Part shown: piece after piece, positions 12,588 to 24,698 of the stretch
How positions within the stretch are numbered: position 1 is the first letter of the stretch
Layout of the letters: each line of letters opens with the position of its first letter
NCBI GenBank assembly: GCA_028534125.1
Contig: CM052818.1
Coordinates: 22,818,001 to 22,882,000, forward strand
Length of the DNA: 64,000 bases
Reading direction: 5' to 3'
Origin: Lama glama
Taxonomy: Eukaryota
Position numbers and translations under genes: made by a program
The notes under the pieces: generated by a model
Seen by the model: only the letters and a program-made list of their open reading frames with translations
What the model was told of the DNA's origin: nothing
The model's database searches: none

Positions 12588-13989
12588 TGTAGAATGGTCT
12601 TGTCAAGGGTCTGGGCCTGTCCAGCTGGGCACCTTCAGGCACCTTCCTTCCCTAAGCCTCAGTTTCTGTTACTGACCTTCCCAAGTTGGTCCCCAACAAT
12701 GGTCCACCTGCCTGGTGCCCTTCGAGCTAACAGAACAGGACTGAGTTGGTTCAGAAGAAAAGGGAAACTTTATATTCTCTGAACAAAGAATGGAGAGGCC
12801 TGCGGTCCGGCCGTACTGACAGGCGGTGGGCGGGGCTGTCTCACAGAGATCCCCTCAGTGGGGAGGGGGAGGGGCGGAGTTCTCCTGGGGGCGCAGCTGC
12901 GTGGCTCTGGCTCCAGACTGCAGGGTCGGGGCGCAGCGTCTCTGCACTCTGCCAGCCACCGCCATCTTGAATTGAGTGTCGTGCGCAGCATCTCTGCACT
13001 CAGTCCTCCGCCGACATCGCTGACGTGGCCGACATGTTGAATTGAGTGTTGTTGGCGGTGTCTCTGCGCTGGGCCCTGGGAGCCCAAGTGCTGGGCGCAG
13101 CTGGTCTGCACCAGGAACTCTGGTCTGAGACACTGAGGGCGAGACGTCTGCCCTCTATGATCAACTGAAAGTAGACTAAGCACAAAGGAAAGGATAAAAA
13201 GGTTAGCCTTTATTTTATTACCTGGATTCTATTTTTATTTCCCGGGAATTGTTAATGGGCTTTATTGGTGGCATTTCCTCCTGCATAAAATAAGGATAGA
13301 GATCATACCTATGTTCTTGAGGGCGATGACTGATTCTTGTCTCTAACTAGCCTTGCGGCCAAATGCTGGATCTCAGTGAGGCCCACCCTGGCCCCCAGAT
13401 TGTTCTGTTCTCCCAAAGCACTTCCCCTAACCAGAGCCTTTTGTTCACTCATAGGAGTTCTGGCAGAGCGGGGGCCTTTATTAGTATTTGTGACTGGTGT
13501 GGGAAATCAAGTATTTATCAGTTAGGGGCTGTCTGTGTTCATTTCAAATCACATACTTAGATTTACCAATTTTCTCTGAATTGATCAATGTGAGAGGTGG
13601 CTGGGGAAGGGATGGGTGATTAAAACTGGGATTCACCAGATAGGGTCTGTTAATCAGGACTATGTTTTGGTGACTTACTAAAAGTTCATGATTTCATAAG
13701 AAGTAAAAGGGAAAGTACATTTTAAAAAAGAAAGTAAGTCATATTTATTAATAGATGATGTCACTCAGTGGGCCTTAAGCATAACCAGGACAGCCCTTGC
13801 CCTCCTCGTAGTGGGAGGAAGAACCAGAGGGTCACTGATGATGAGGTGAGATGGTGCTGCCCTAGAAGGGAGCACAGCTATGGAAGCAGAGCTCCTGCAG
13901 CCTGGGGTGTGGTGGAAGGGCTTCCACGTGGCATCACTTAAGTCCACACTGCATTCCCTGAATGCCATCAGGAAGACAGCAGTGGGAGT

Positions 13990-14838
13990 GGCACCGAACT
14001 GTGTTAGTAGTTGTATTCTCCACCACTGTGTACTCAGAACAGTTCATCTAAGAATGCCCTTAATAACATACAAAACGAACTTATGATTACCAGAGGGGAA
14101 AGGGAGTGGGAGGGAGGGATAAATTAGGAGTTCAGGATTAACAAATACATACTACTCTATATGAAATAGATAAACAACAAGGATCTCCTGTACAGGGAAC
14201 TGTGTTCAGTATCTTGTGATAACCTATAATGGAAAAGAATCTTAAAAAGAATAGATATGTATGTATAACATTTAGGTTGTTTCCATGTCTTGGCTATTGT
14301 AAATAGTGCTGGTATGAACATTGGGGTCTCTTCATATACTTTTTTATTTTGGCAGGGGAGGAAATTAGTTTTGTTTGTTTGTTTATTTGTTTATGGAGGT
14401 ACTGAGGATTGAACCCAGGACCTCATGCATGCTAAGCATGCTCTCTACCACTGAGCTATATCCTCCCTCCTCTTCATATACTTTAAAACAACATAGCACA
14501 ACTCATTGATTGCAGAAACAGATACGAGAAGTCACCTGTTCTATGTTAAGCAAGACATTAATCAGACTTGCAGAAAGGTAAAACAATATTACTTTGCTCA
14601 CTTTCTTTTTCGGTTTTGGAAAACAGTTTTTTTTTCCCATAAAATATGTCATTTGTGTGTAATGGACTTTTTGGTTCTAAATTGAATTAATAAACAAATA
14701 TTTAAAAGAATTCCTAGTTCTAATATATATAATGGTACCTGTTGATAGAGAGAACCTACATGAAACAAAAGCTCTTTGGGGTCCTCAGTAATTTTTAAGT
14801 GTAAAGGGGTCCTGAGACCAAAAAGTTTGAGAACACAA
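13990..14838. mobile_element. Charlie1-like hAT relic interrupted by L1 pieces and a SINE
   Basis: End motif aaaagctctttggggtcctca...aaaggggtcctgagaccaaaaagtttgagaac recognisable from the Charlie1 family. Left boundary approximate. Confidence 0.6.
14343..14469 (-). mobile_element. tRNA-derived SINE (camelid-type)
   Basis: Reverse complement head tatagctcagtggtagag...gggttcaatcctcagtacctcc. Perfect 15-bp TSD ctcttcatatacttt at 14328-14342 and 14470-14484. Confidence 0.9.
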
Positions 14839-17070
14839 TTTTAAAGGCACCTGTTTCCAAGTCCTCAACTTCAGTGTGTTCACTTTCATAGAACCAGTCT
14901 GCCTGAGAACATGCCAGTCCTGAAGGCAGTATTCTCCTTTCACAATTCCTCCTCCCATTTCACAAATGGAAAGCATTCTCCTTACTGTCTTGAATCTTAT
15001 TAAGGTGCATTGTCTCAGGGTGTAAAAACCCATGGATGCCAATGAAAGAGACCACTTAAAATATTTTTATTTTCTTTTGTGTTATATAAGTTTCTGGTGT
15101 ACGGCATTATAATTTGAGATCGTATACACTGCAGAATGATCGCCACTGCAAGTCTGGCTACCATCCGTCACTATAGAATTGACCCCCTTCACTCATTTCA
15201 CCACCGCTTCCACAAAATATTTTTCTTTCAGCAATCTTGCCTCTGCCATTCTTTGAGAGTGAGACATGTGACAGTAAAGCAAAGAGGGCTTTGATAGGAA
15301 ATACCCAGAGAACCAGTAGGATTCATGAGAGTGTCCAGAAGTACCTTATTTCATCCATGGCAATGCTCAGTCCCTCCCTCCCTCCCTCCCTTCTCTTTTT
15401 CAGTTCTCCTTCGCCCTCCTCCCTTCTCTCTCTTCCTCTCTTTCTCTCTCTCTGTCTTTCTTAGAATTAAAAAATGAGGTTGTTGTAGAGAAATGTATTT
15501 ACACATCATTTGAATTGAAAAAAAAATCATTCTGTTCCTTAAGAAAGTACATCTGATTTGAATGATTGAATTTGCAAAGTCATTCTCAAATCTATTACAT
15601 GGCAGGAATTTTTCATAGACTGCGATAAGTGTGCAGTCCCAAGGTTTTGATGCAAATATATTTAAACCACATGATAAGGTACAAATATTTAATTAAAAAA
15701 AGTTGTATTGACAGAGGTGTATTGAAATATTTAAATATCCCAATTCTCTCTAATATTATCAGATTTAGAACTAGTGCCTCAAAGTAGCAGAGTAACCAGT
15801 GTATTTAGCTATCACTGGGATAAGTCTTGGTTGGTCTAAGTATTTTTTATGCAGTACCTCCCAGGAAGTGAGAAAGTGAATGATTCTAACAATGGGTAAT
15901 AAATCCTATTACAAGTTGGGTGATTGTTAAATTTTGCTTTTAAGAAATGAGAAGAACATAATTGATTTTACAGCAGATAAATCATTAAGAATAGATTCTA
16001 CCAATTGTTAATCTTATAAATAGCAATCCTATAGTAAAGTTGCAAGAAAAATACAATGAAAAGCCTTGTATCTTTTACCTAGATTGTGAACATTTTGCCT
16101 CATTTGTGCTATCCTCCTCATCACCATTACTATGCCTCATTTGCTCTATTTATCTACCTATCTATAATTATTATTATGAGTTTGCTGAAAAACTTGAGGG
16201 TTGGTTGCAAACATCTTGACACTTCATCCTTAAATGAGTAAGCATATGTTTTCCAAAAACAGGGATATTTTCCCACCTAACAATACAGTGATCACTTGGG
16301 ATATTATTTAACACTGATGATATTGGAGATGCTAAGCCAGTTGTTTTGTAGATGTTCCTTAATTTGAACTTGCTGGACAATTTCATCATAATTATATTCA
16401 AGTCAAACCTCCTCCATAGAAATACAACATAGGTATAAAGGTAATTTTTGATGATAGATGATGATGGATCAAACTGATTTTTTTTTGTGTGTATCTGAGA
16501 AGAGGCAAAATAATTTAAGATTCCTTTGATACAATTTCCATTCCTCTTTAAGTAAATAAGAGTTTTCAGCCCATTTATTTGTAAAAACAAAAATAGGAAT
16601 AGAAATGATGATGAACCAGTATCATTGTACCAATAAGAAATATTCATTTGTTAATATGGATGTAAAATATTCAACTGCTAAAAAGACGTGAACTAATTGA
16701 AAAGAAAAAACATCTGTTTCATTGACAGATGCAGTTCCAATAAAATTTTGCTTTTTTGCTTAATTAGTTATATATTAAATGTTCTAATGACTCAATAAAA
16801 AAATGGACATTTATAGAATATAGTCACAAATTAAGAAATTAAGAGAAATAAGATATAAAAACATTTTTTATTGTTGCAGAGAAGTATGATAGGATGTTTA
16901 AATTTTTTCAACCATTAAACATACTACATTAGAGCAAAATTATGTGGGAGAAGTGGAATGGAAGTACAAGTTTTATGAAAAAAGTAAAATATAATTTTTG
17001 TTAAAGAAGAGTTTGTTAGTTTCTTTTTTAAATGAGAGCTGGTGGGTTGAATCAAAACTGTACTATTTCA

Positions 17071-17233
17071 GGGGAAAAGGTATAGCTCAGTGGTAGAGTA
17101 CATGCTTAGCATGCATGAAGTCCTGGGTTCAATCCCCAGTACCTCCATAAAAAAAAAAGTTAAATAAATAGCCTACTTACCTTCCCCCCTCCAATGAAAA
17201 AATTAAATAAATAATTAACAACAACAACAACAA
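17071..17233 (+). mobile_element. tRNA-derived SINE (camelid-type)
   Basis: A box tagctcagtgg, B box gggttcaatcccc, A-rich/(CAA)n tail. TSD caaaact(g/a)tactattt at 17053-17068 and 17234-17249. Confidence 0.92.
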
Positions 17234-18514
17234 CAAAACTATACTATTTGGATCTATTGCATTTACTTATATATTTATTTTTATTGAAGTATAGTCAGTT
17301 TACAATGTGTTAATTTCTGGCAGACAGCATAGTGTTTCAGTTATACATATGTTGGATTCATAACTTTTGAAAAGTAATGTAACAATTTCATTTTTTTAAA
17401 TGTTAGTATTTACAACATGCTAGGATTTGCAGGATTTGCAGTTATTTTAGCTTAGGGATGGTCAAATATCAAAAAAAAATTCTCTCAGAGGAGAATACAT
17501 AATTTTTTCTGTATTCCTTCGGGGCTCATGAGCAAAAAGTTTGGGGACTGCTGTGTTCTTGTGTGCTAGAGGTAGGCAACAGATGCTGGGATGGTTTTGG
17601 GGGTCACATTGCTATAGGTTAGTAAGTCGAGGTAGTGTCATGAAGTGTCAAGAGATGAGGATGGCCAGGGAGGGGGTGTCAGGTCAGGCCCAGCTACCCG
17701 CGTGGTATGTTAAGTAGTTTGACTTTTTCAGGAAGGGTACAGGATGCCAAGGAAGCATTTAAACTCTAAATAATGAGACTGAAATGCCTGGAAGACAGCA
17801 TCGAGCTTTTGGCTTTTATAAAATGCCTTTTCCTAGGACACTTCGTGACAGGGTTTTATCCATTCCTTCATTCATTTATGTAGAGTGTGTATTAATTTAT
17901 GATCACTGGGGATGTGGTTGTATGATATGATGTGTAAATACCTTCTGAAGAGAACCAGAAACATTTCCATTTTTGTCACTCTGAAGGAAACTCTTTGAAG
18001 CAGTATGGCTCGTCTGCACGTCCTCTCATGAGCAGCTTTTCATCTGCGCGTATTTCCTTGTGTGTGTGAGATTGGAGTAAGTGAAATAGATATTACGGAG
18101 CTCCCCACTATGTTCCAGCAGCACATGAATTGCCTTATTTAGACAAAACACTCTGGGGCTATCAGTATGTTAGGTTGCAGGTAAGGCGATGGAGAAGGCA
18201 AGTGACTTACTGTAGGTCATAGCATTTGAGAGAGTTGGGAATCAGCCCAGGTCTGGTTCCAGAGCTTATGTGCTTGGCTGAAACTACATCGCTTTCTGTG
18301 TAGCAGCCTTTAGTCCTGTAAGTTATGTGGGGGATGTGGGTCAGTGGCATTTTGGCATCACAAGAACCAAATTAAGAACCACATCAAATTGAACTGATAG
18401 TTGTTTTTATATATGTTAATTAAAAACAAGTAAATGAAAGAGCAGAATTTTTAAATTTCTATAAAGATAAAAATTAAGTTTTACTAGCTAATAATACAAT
18501 ACATAGTGGGCTTT

Positions 18515-18655
18515 TATTGTATTGTTTGTTTTTTATTAGGGAGAGGTAATTCAGTTTATTCATTGATTTCTGCCTGGAGGTGGTATTGGGGATTGAACCC
18601 AGGACCTCTTGTGTGCTGAGCATGCGTTCTGCCACTTGAGCTATACCCTTCCCCC
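18515..18655 (-). mobile_element. tRNA-derived SINE (camelid-type)
   Basis: Same family head and tail on the reverse strand. Confidence 0.85.
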
Positions 18656-19240
18656 TGCAATGGCCTTTTAAAACAAATTGTCCCTATTTCTCAATTAATC
18701 TGTATAATTTATTTAAATGTTGAGTGTTGGTGCTTTAATGTTTTTACAGCAAATGCTCTAAGGAATTTTTTTAAATCTGGGAAACTATTGAAAATAATGC
18801 AAAATTTAAGCATTTAAAAAAAATCTGAAATTCTTTATGCCAATCAAAATGTGTTTTCTTTGAATACAATTACCAAAAACTTAAAAAGCAGAACAAATAA
18901 ACCTGTGAAATAAAAGATACATGTTTTACAAAGGCAGAAGAGGAAATTATGCATAATACCATCATAAAATCTTTCAGGCATGTTAAAAAGGTATAGATTA
19001 TGGTACATCAAACATCTGTGTACCTACCACCCAACTTAAGAAATAAAACATGAAATATACAGTTTAAGTCCACTGGGAGCCTCTTTTCCATTTGAAATCC
19101 CTTTCTTTTCCATAGAAATAGTGACTTTCCTGACTTTGAAGTTATTATTTCTGTGCATTTAAAAATACTATTAATATACGCTTATATATACATATTTGTA
19201 CTCCACATAAAATATAGGATTGTTTTGCATATTTTAAAAC

Positions 19241-19511
19241 ATTTTTTATTGACTTATAATCATTTTACAATGTTGTGTCAAATTACAGTGTAGAGCACAA
19301 TTTTTCAGTTATACATGAACATATATATATTCATTGTCACATTTTTTTCTCTGTGAGTTACTGTAAGATCTTATATATATTTCCCTGTGCTATACAGTAT
19401 AATCTTGTTTATGTATTCTACAATTTTAAATCCCAGTCTGTCCGTTCCCACCCCCTTCCCCCTTGGCAACCAGAAGTTTGTATTCTATGTCTCTGAGTCT
19501 GTTTCTGTTTT

Positions 19512-19568
<57 letters not shown>

Positions 19569-19881
19569 GATTCCACCTATGAGTGATCTCATATGGTATT
19601 TTTCTTTCTCTTTCTGGCTTACTTCACTTAAAATGACANNNNNNNNNNNNNNNNNNNNNNNNNNNNNNNNNNNNNNNNNNNNNNNNNNNNNNNNNNNNNN
19701 NNNNNNNNNNNNNNNNNNNNNNNNNNNNNNNNNNNNNNATGGTAAGTCTATTCCTAGTCTTTTGAGGAATCTCCATACTGTTTTCCACAGTGGCTGCACC
19801 AAACTGCATTCCCACCAGCAGTGTAGGAGGGTTCCCTTTTCTCCACAGCCTCTCTAGCATTTGTCATTTGTGGATTTTTGG
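19241..19881 (-). mobile_element. Young 5'-truncated L1 containing (TTTA)n and an assembly gap
   Basis: Close similarity to the L1 at 10971-11723. TSD tgttttgcatattt(t)aaaac at 19221-19240 and 19882-19900. Confidence 0.9.
19639..19738. other. Assembly gap (100 N)
   Basis: Run of 100 n characters. Confidence 1.
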
Positions 19882-20349
19882 TGTTTTGCATATTTAAAAC
19901 CGTTTTTATAAATGGTATCATCACTAAAATCTGCAGCTTGCCTTTTTAGCTTAATTTTGTGTTTCTTGAGATTTGTGCATGTTGATATCTATGGCTGTAG
20001 CCCTTTCATCTTAACAGTAATGTGCTAAGTGTTGATTTATTTGCTCTTCTGTTGGTGGAAGTATTGCTATTATTGTGGTGCTACAATGTTCATGTACATT
20101 TGTTCATGTCTCAGTGCATATAGAAGAATGGCTTTAATGTATCTACCTAGGACTGGAATTGCTACATAGAAAGATAGGCACATCTCTCCTGAATGCTGCT
20201 AATAGTCCTCCAGAGTAGTTGTACTGGTGTATTCTCTCATCAGTAGCGAGTAAGAGTCCTGTTGCTCACTCCTTGCTATTTCTGCATGTTGTCAGACTAA
20301 AACTTTGGCTAATCTGGTTGTTGGGAAATAATATCTCATGTTATATTCT

Positions 20350-23090
20350 TTTAAAATCAATTTGATTGAGGTACAATTTACATAAAGTGAAATGCACCCA
20401 TTTTAAAGTATAGCTTGATTGACACTTGACAAGTGTATGTATCTGTGTGATTACCATCTCAGTCAGGATACAGAACATTTCTTTCACCCTAAATATTTTC
20501 CCTCTGTCTATTGCCATAGGCAGTGGCTGATTTCTGACACTGTAGTTTTGCCTGTTCTAGAATATAACACGACCAGAGTTGTACAGGATGTACTGTTATG
20601 TCTGGCTTCTTTTCATCAGCATAATGCTTACAAAAATTCATCCCTGTGTTATTTGTGTCAGTAGTTCCTTACTTTTAATGAATTTTAGATATAATTCACA
20701 TAAGAAAATTTACCTTTTTAAACCGTACAATTCATTGGCTTTTACCATGTTCACTTTTATTGTGCAATTCACTGTATCACCACCATTGCAGAACATTTCA
20801 TCACCCAAAAAGAAACCTCCTACCTGTTAGCAGTACCCCCTCCTCCTATCCCCTGATGGCCACTAATGTACTTTCTGTTTCTATGGGTTTGCCTGTTCTG
20901 GACAAATGCATTTATACAGTATGGGGCCTTTTGTGTCTCGCTGCTTTCACATAGCGTAATATTTTCAAGCTTCATCCATGTTGTAGCATGTATCATCAGT
21001 ATCTCATCCCTCTTTACAGTTGAATAATCTGTTGTGGGGTTATGCCTCATTTTGTTTATCTATTCGTCAGATGGACATTTGGATTATTTCTACTTTTTGG
21101 TTTTTATGAATAATGCTGTTAAGAACATTCGTGTATACAAGTTTTTGTGTGAACATGTTTTCATTTCTTTTGGGTAGATAGTTAAGGATGGTCATATGGT
21201 AGTTCTGTATTTGACTTTTCGAGGAAAGCTCATTTCTTTTTATAGTATTTATATGAGTATACCACACTTTGTTGTCAGTTCACCTGTAGATGGGCATTTG
21301 CACTGCTCTTTGTTTTTAGTAATGAATATGTCTGTTATGAACATTTATGCGTAAGTGTTTGTGTGAACCTTTTATTTTCCTCTTGGACGAATACCTAGGA
21401 ATGGAATTGCTGGATCATAGGATAGATGTATGTTTAATTTTTAAGAGATTGACAAAATGTTTTCCAAAGTTGTTGTGCCTTTTTGTATTCCCACCAGCAG
21501 TGTATGAGAGTTACAGTTGCTTCATGTCCTCACTAAAACTAGGTATTGTCAGTCTCTTTAAGATTAGCTGTTCTAGAAGACTGTCTGTCTCATTGTGATT
21601 AATTTGCATATTCTGGTTAAGAGTGAAGTTGAGCATCTTTTTATGTAATTTTTATTATATGTATTTCATTTTTGTGAACTGTGTTTGTATCTTTTGGTTA
21701 TTTTATTCTCTCAGTGATTAATTACACATCTTGGGTACTAATACCTCAATTATTTGTGTTTTAAATATCTTCTTCCTGACTGAGGCTTGTCTTTTTACTT
21801 TGTTTATAGTGTTCTTTTGATGTACAGAATTTGTACATTTTAACATAGACAAATTTATCAGTATAATCCATTATGGTTTATGTGTTGTTTTATTATTATT
21901 ACTGTTTAAGAAAGCATCTGCTATCTCTAAGATCTTAAGGATTCTTTTATATTAAAATATAGAAATATATTTATATATTTTTACTTTCCAAATCTGACCT
22001 TTAATCTACCTAAAATTATTTATAATATGAAGGGTCTAGTTTTTTTTTCCATATGGATAACAGCTTCCTCAGCACTACAGAACAGTCCACTATTTACCCC
22101 GCTGATCTGGAGGGCATCGTCCGCCGTGTGTCTGGTCTCTCTGAGTGTCTGACCTACTCCCGGGATCACTGTCCTCCACATTGCTTTTTGTTCCCACCTT
22201 CTTTTTCTTGCTTGAATATTGCCAGGGGCAAGATTTTATTAATCTTTTCATGGAACCAGCTTTTGGCTTTATGTTTTTCTTTCTCTCTCTCTCTTTTTTT
22301 TTTGTATCTTTCTGTTCTTTTTATTATTATTATTATTATTTTGATCTTTACTTTCTTGATTCTTCTTTCTTTTCCCCTCTCTCCTTCAGTGGTTCTGTTT
22401 CTAAATCATAACAAAATTTGCTTTAATGAAAACACACTTCAGGAGACTGTTAACTCACTGTCTGTGTCCTATGTTCTCAAATCAAAAGTTCATCTGGGGC
22501 ACTGGGGACACTGTCCTACCTTCTCCCAGAGAGATCATACCATTCTGAACCTCTGCCCACAATGTAGAAGGGTTTCAGTTGCTCCATATCCTCACCAATA
22601 TTTGGTGTTACCAGTTGTGTTATTCTGTTATTCTGTTGGGTGTATAGTAGTACCTCATTGTGGTTTTAATTTTCATTTCCTTGGTGATGAGAATGTTGAT
22701 CATCTTTTTCATTTTATTTTTATTATGTAACGTGTTTGTCCAAATACTTACCTATTTTTTTTAATTGGACTTTTTGTCTTTATTATTGAGCTTTTCAGAG
22801 TTCTTTATACATCCTGGAAATCTTTGTCAGATAAATGTTTTATGACAATTTTCCTCTGGTCTCTGGCTTGCCTATTCATTTTTAATGTACTGAACTTTTA
22901 AATTTTGATGAAGTCTAATTTATCAATATTTTCTTTCATGGGGCTGATTGTTTTTTTTATGTCCTGCACACGAAAGTTTGTGCACTGCCAAGTCACAAAG
23001 ATAATTCCTGTGTTTCTTCTAATCTCTGTGGTTTCAGCTTTTATGTTTGGGACTATATCCCAATTTTCGTGTGTGATATGAAGTAAAGAT
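20350..23090 (-). mobile_element. Cluster of nested older L1M 3'-end fragments
   Basis: Repeated L1MB/L1MC-like antisense motifs (gatggacatttgg..tt, cccaccagcagtgtatgag, ttttgatgaagtctaattt). Boundaries approximate. Confidence 0.75.
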
Positions 23091-24014
23091 ACTAATGCAT
23101 TGTCTTTATTTTTAAAATAATAACAACCAATACATCATTTTGTCCTAAATATTTCACAAGACCTGATAAAACAGCTGAACTCACTAATAATAAAGTTTGT
23201 TACGCCATTAATTTATTCAAACAACGTATTTGCTGAATACCTATTCAGTGCCATTACTAAGCAACATAGTGATTTTTTTTGTAAAGATACTTCCCACTTT
23301 GCCCCCTACCTGAGGAGACACAGGTAAAGGTACAGCCAGGACACAGTGTGATATGTGCTGTGCTGGAGATAAACATTGAGTATTATGGAGGACACAGGAG
23401 AAACCCAGCCAAGCTAGGAACCTCAGGTGAGACTTTCCAAGGGTGGTGATTCTTGAGCTCAGACTTGAAGGCCTGGTTGCTGTTAGCCAAGAAGGGGAGA
23501 TAGATGTGCAAAAGCAAAAGGCATGAAGACTCTCCATTGCTTGGAGCAGATGGTACAAGGCAGGAAGTGGAATGATGCTGGAGCATTGTACAGATATGAT
23601 CATGGATTTAGCTGTTATCTGATGATAGTTAGGAGCCAGTAACTCATTCCTGGGCATTGAGTGATGCTGCTTTTAGTGCTGTGAGTGTTTTACATTCCAT
23701 GACTGTAGAATAAAACACTTTGCATGTTATTTGAATAGGACCTTGCATCTGGATATTTAACATTATCCCTATAATTAATGAAATTTTCTATTTTTAAGTG
23801 TATGTTGGAAACTTTGTATGTGAAGAAGTATCATTTATGTCCTGATGTTTGTTTGTGAATACCTGAAAAAATAACTGAAGTAGTGCTCTGGACAAATTAT
23901 TTACCTGTCATTAGATAAAAGTCAATGATGATATTAGCAAGAATGACCTCACTTTAAAAAACATCATTCTTTTCAAATTGATTTTTTTAAGTGACTCTAT
24001 AGTCAAACTATTTT

Positions 24015-24186
24015 ATCATCCAGAAATGCTATATGCACACCAATGTTCCTTGTGGCAATATTTATAATAGCCAAGATATGGAAGCAACCTAAGTATTCAT
24101 TGATGGATGGATAAAGAAGATGTGGAATATATATATATTTATTTATATATATTATATTATATATAGTATATTTATTTATATATATT

Positions 24187-24217
<31 letters not shown>

Positions 24218-24698
24218 TGTATACACACACACACACACGCATATATACAATGGAATATTACCATAAAAAATATTGCCATTTGCAGCAACATGGATGGATC
24301 TAGAGGATAGAATGCTAAACGAAATAATTCAGACAGAAGAAGACAAATACCATATGACCTCAACTTATATGTAGGATCTAAACAAAACAAACAAACCAAA
24401 ATGAAAACAGTCATTGATACAGAGAACAAACGTGTGGTTGCCAGGGGATGAGGGAGAGCAAAATAAATGAAAGAGATTAAGAGGTACAAACATCCAGTTA
24501 GAAAATAAATAAGCCACGGAAATGTAATATAGCATAAGGAATATGGTCAATAATATTGTAATCACTTTGTGAGGGGACAGATGGTTTCTAGGTTTATCAT
24601 GGTGATCATTTCATAATGTATGTAAATGTCAAATCTCAATGTAGCACACCTGAAACTAACATAATGTTGTTATGTCAACTGTGTTTCAATTAAAAAAG
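24015..24698 (+). mobile_element. L1 3' end with (TA)/(CA) microsatellite
   Basis: aatagccaagatatggaagcaacctaag...gccatttgcagcaacatggatgga...A-rich end. Confidence 0.85.

Noticed and set aside
12770..13185. Several ORFs across the intronic CpG-rich module
   Set aside because: No recognisable protein similarity or convincing splice context; explained by local GC richness.
17071..17150. tRNA-like sequences with A/B boxes here and at 33155
   Set aside because: They have SINE tails and TSDs and recur many times; not tRNA genes.
22053..22730. 225-aa ORF with a long hydrophobic stretch
   Set aside because: Hydrophobicity comes from T-rich/(TAT)n low complexity, and the C-terminal part is antisense L1.
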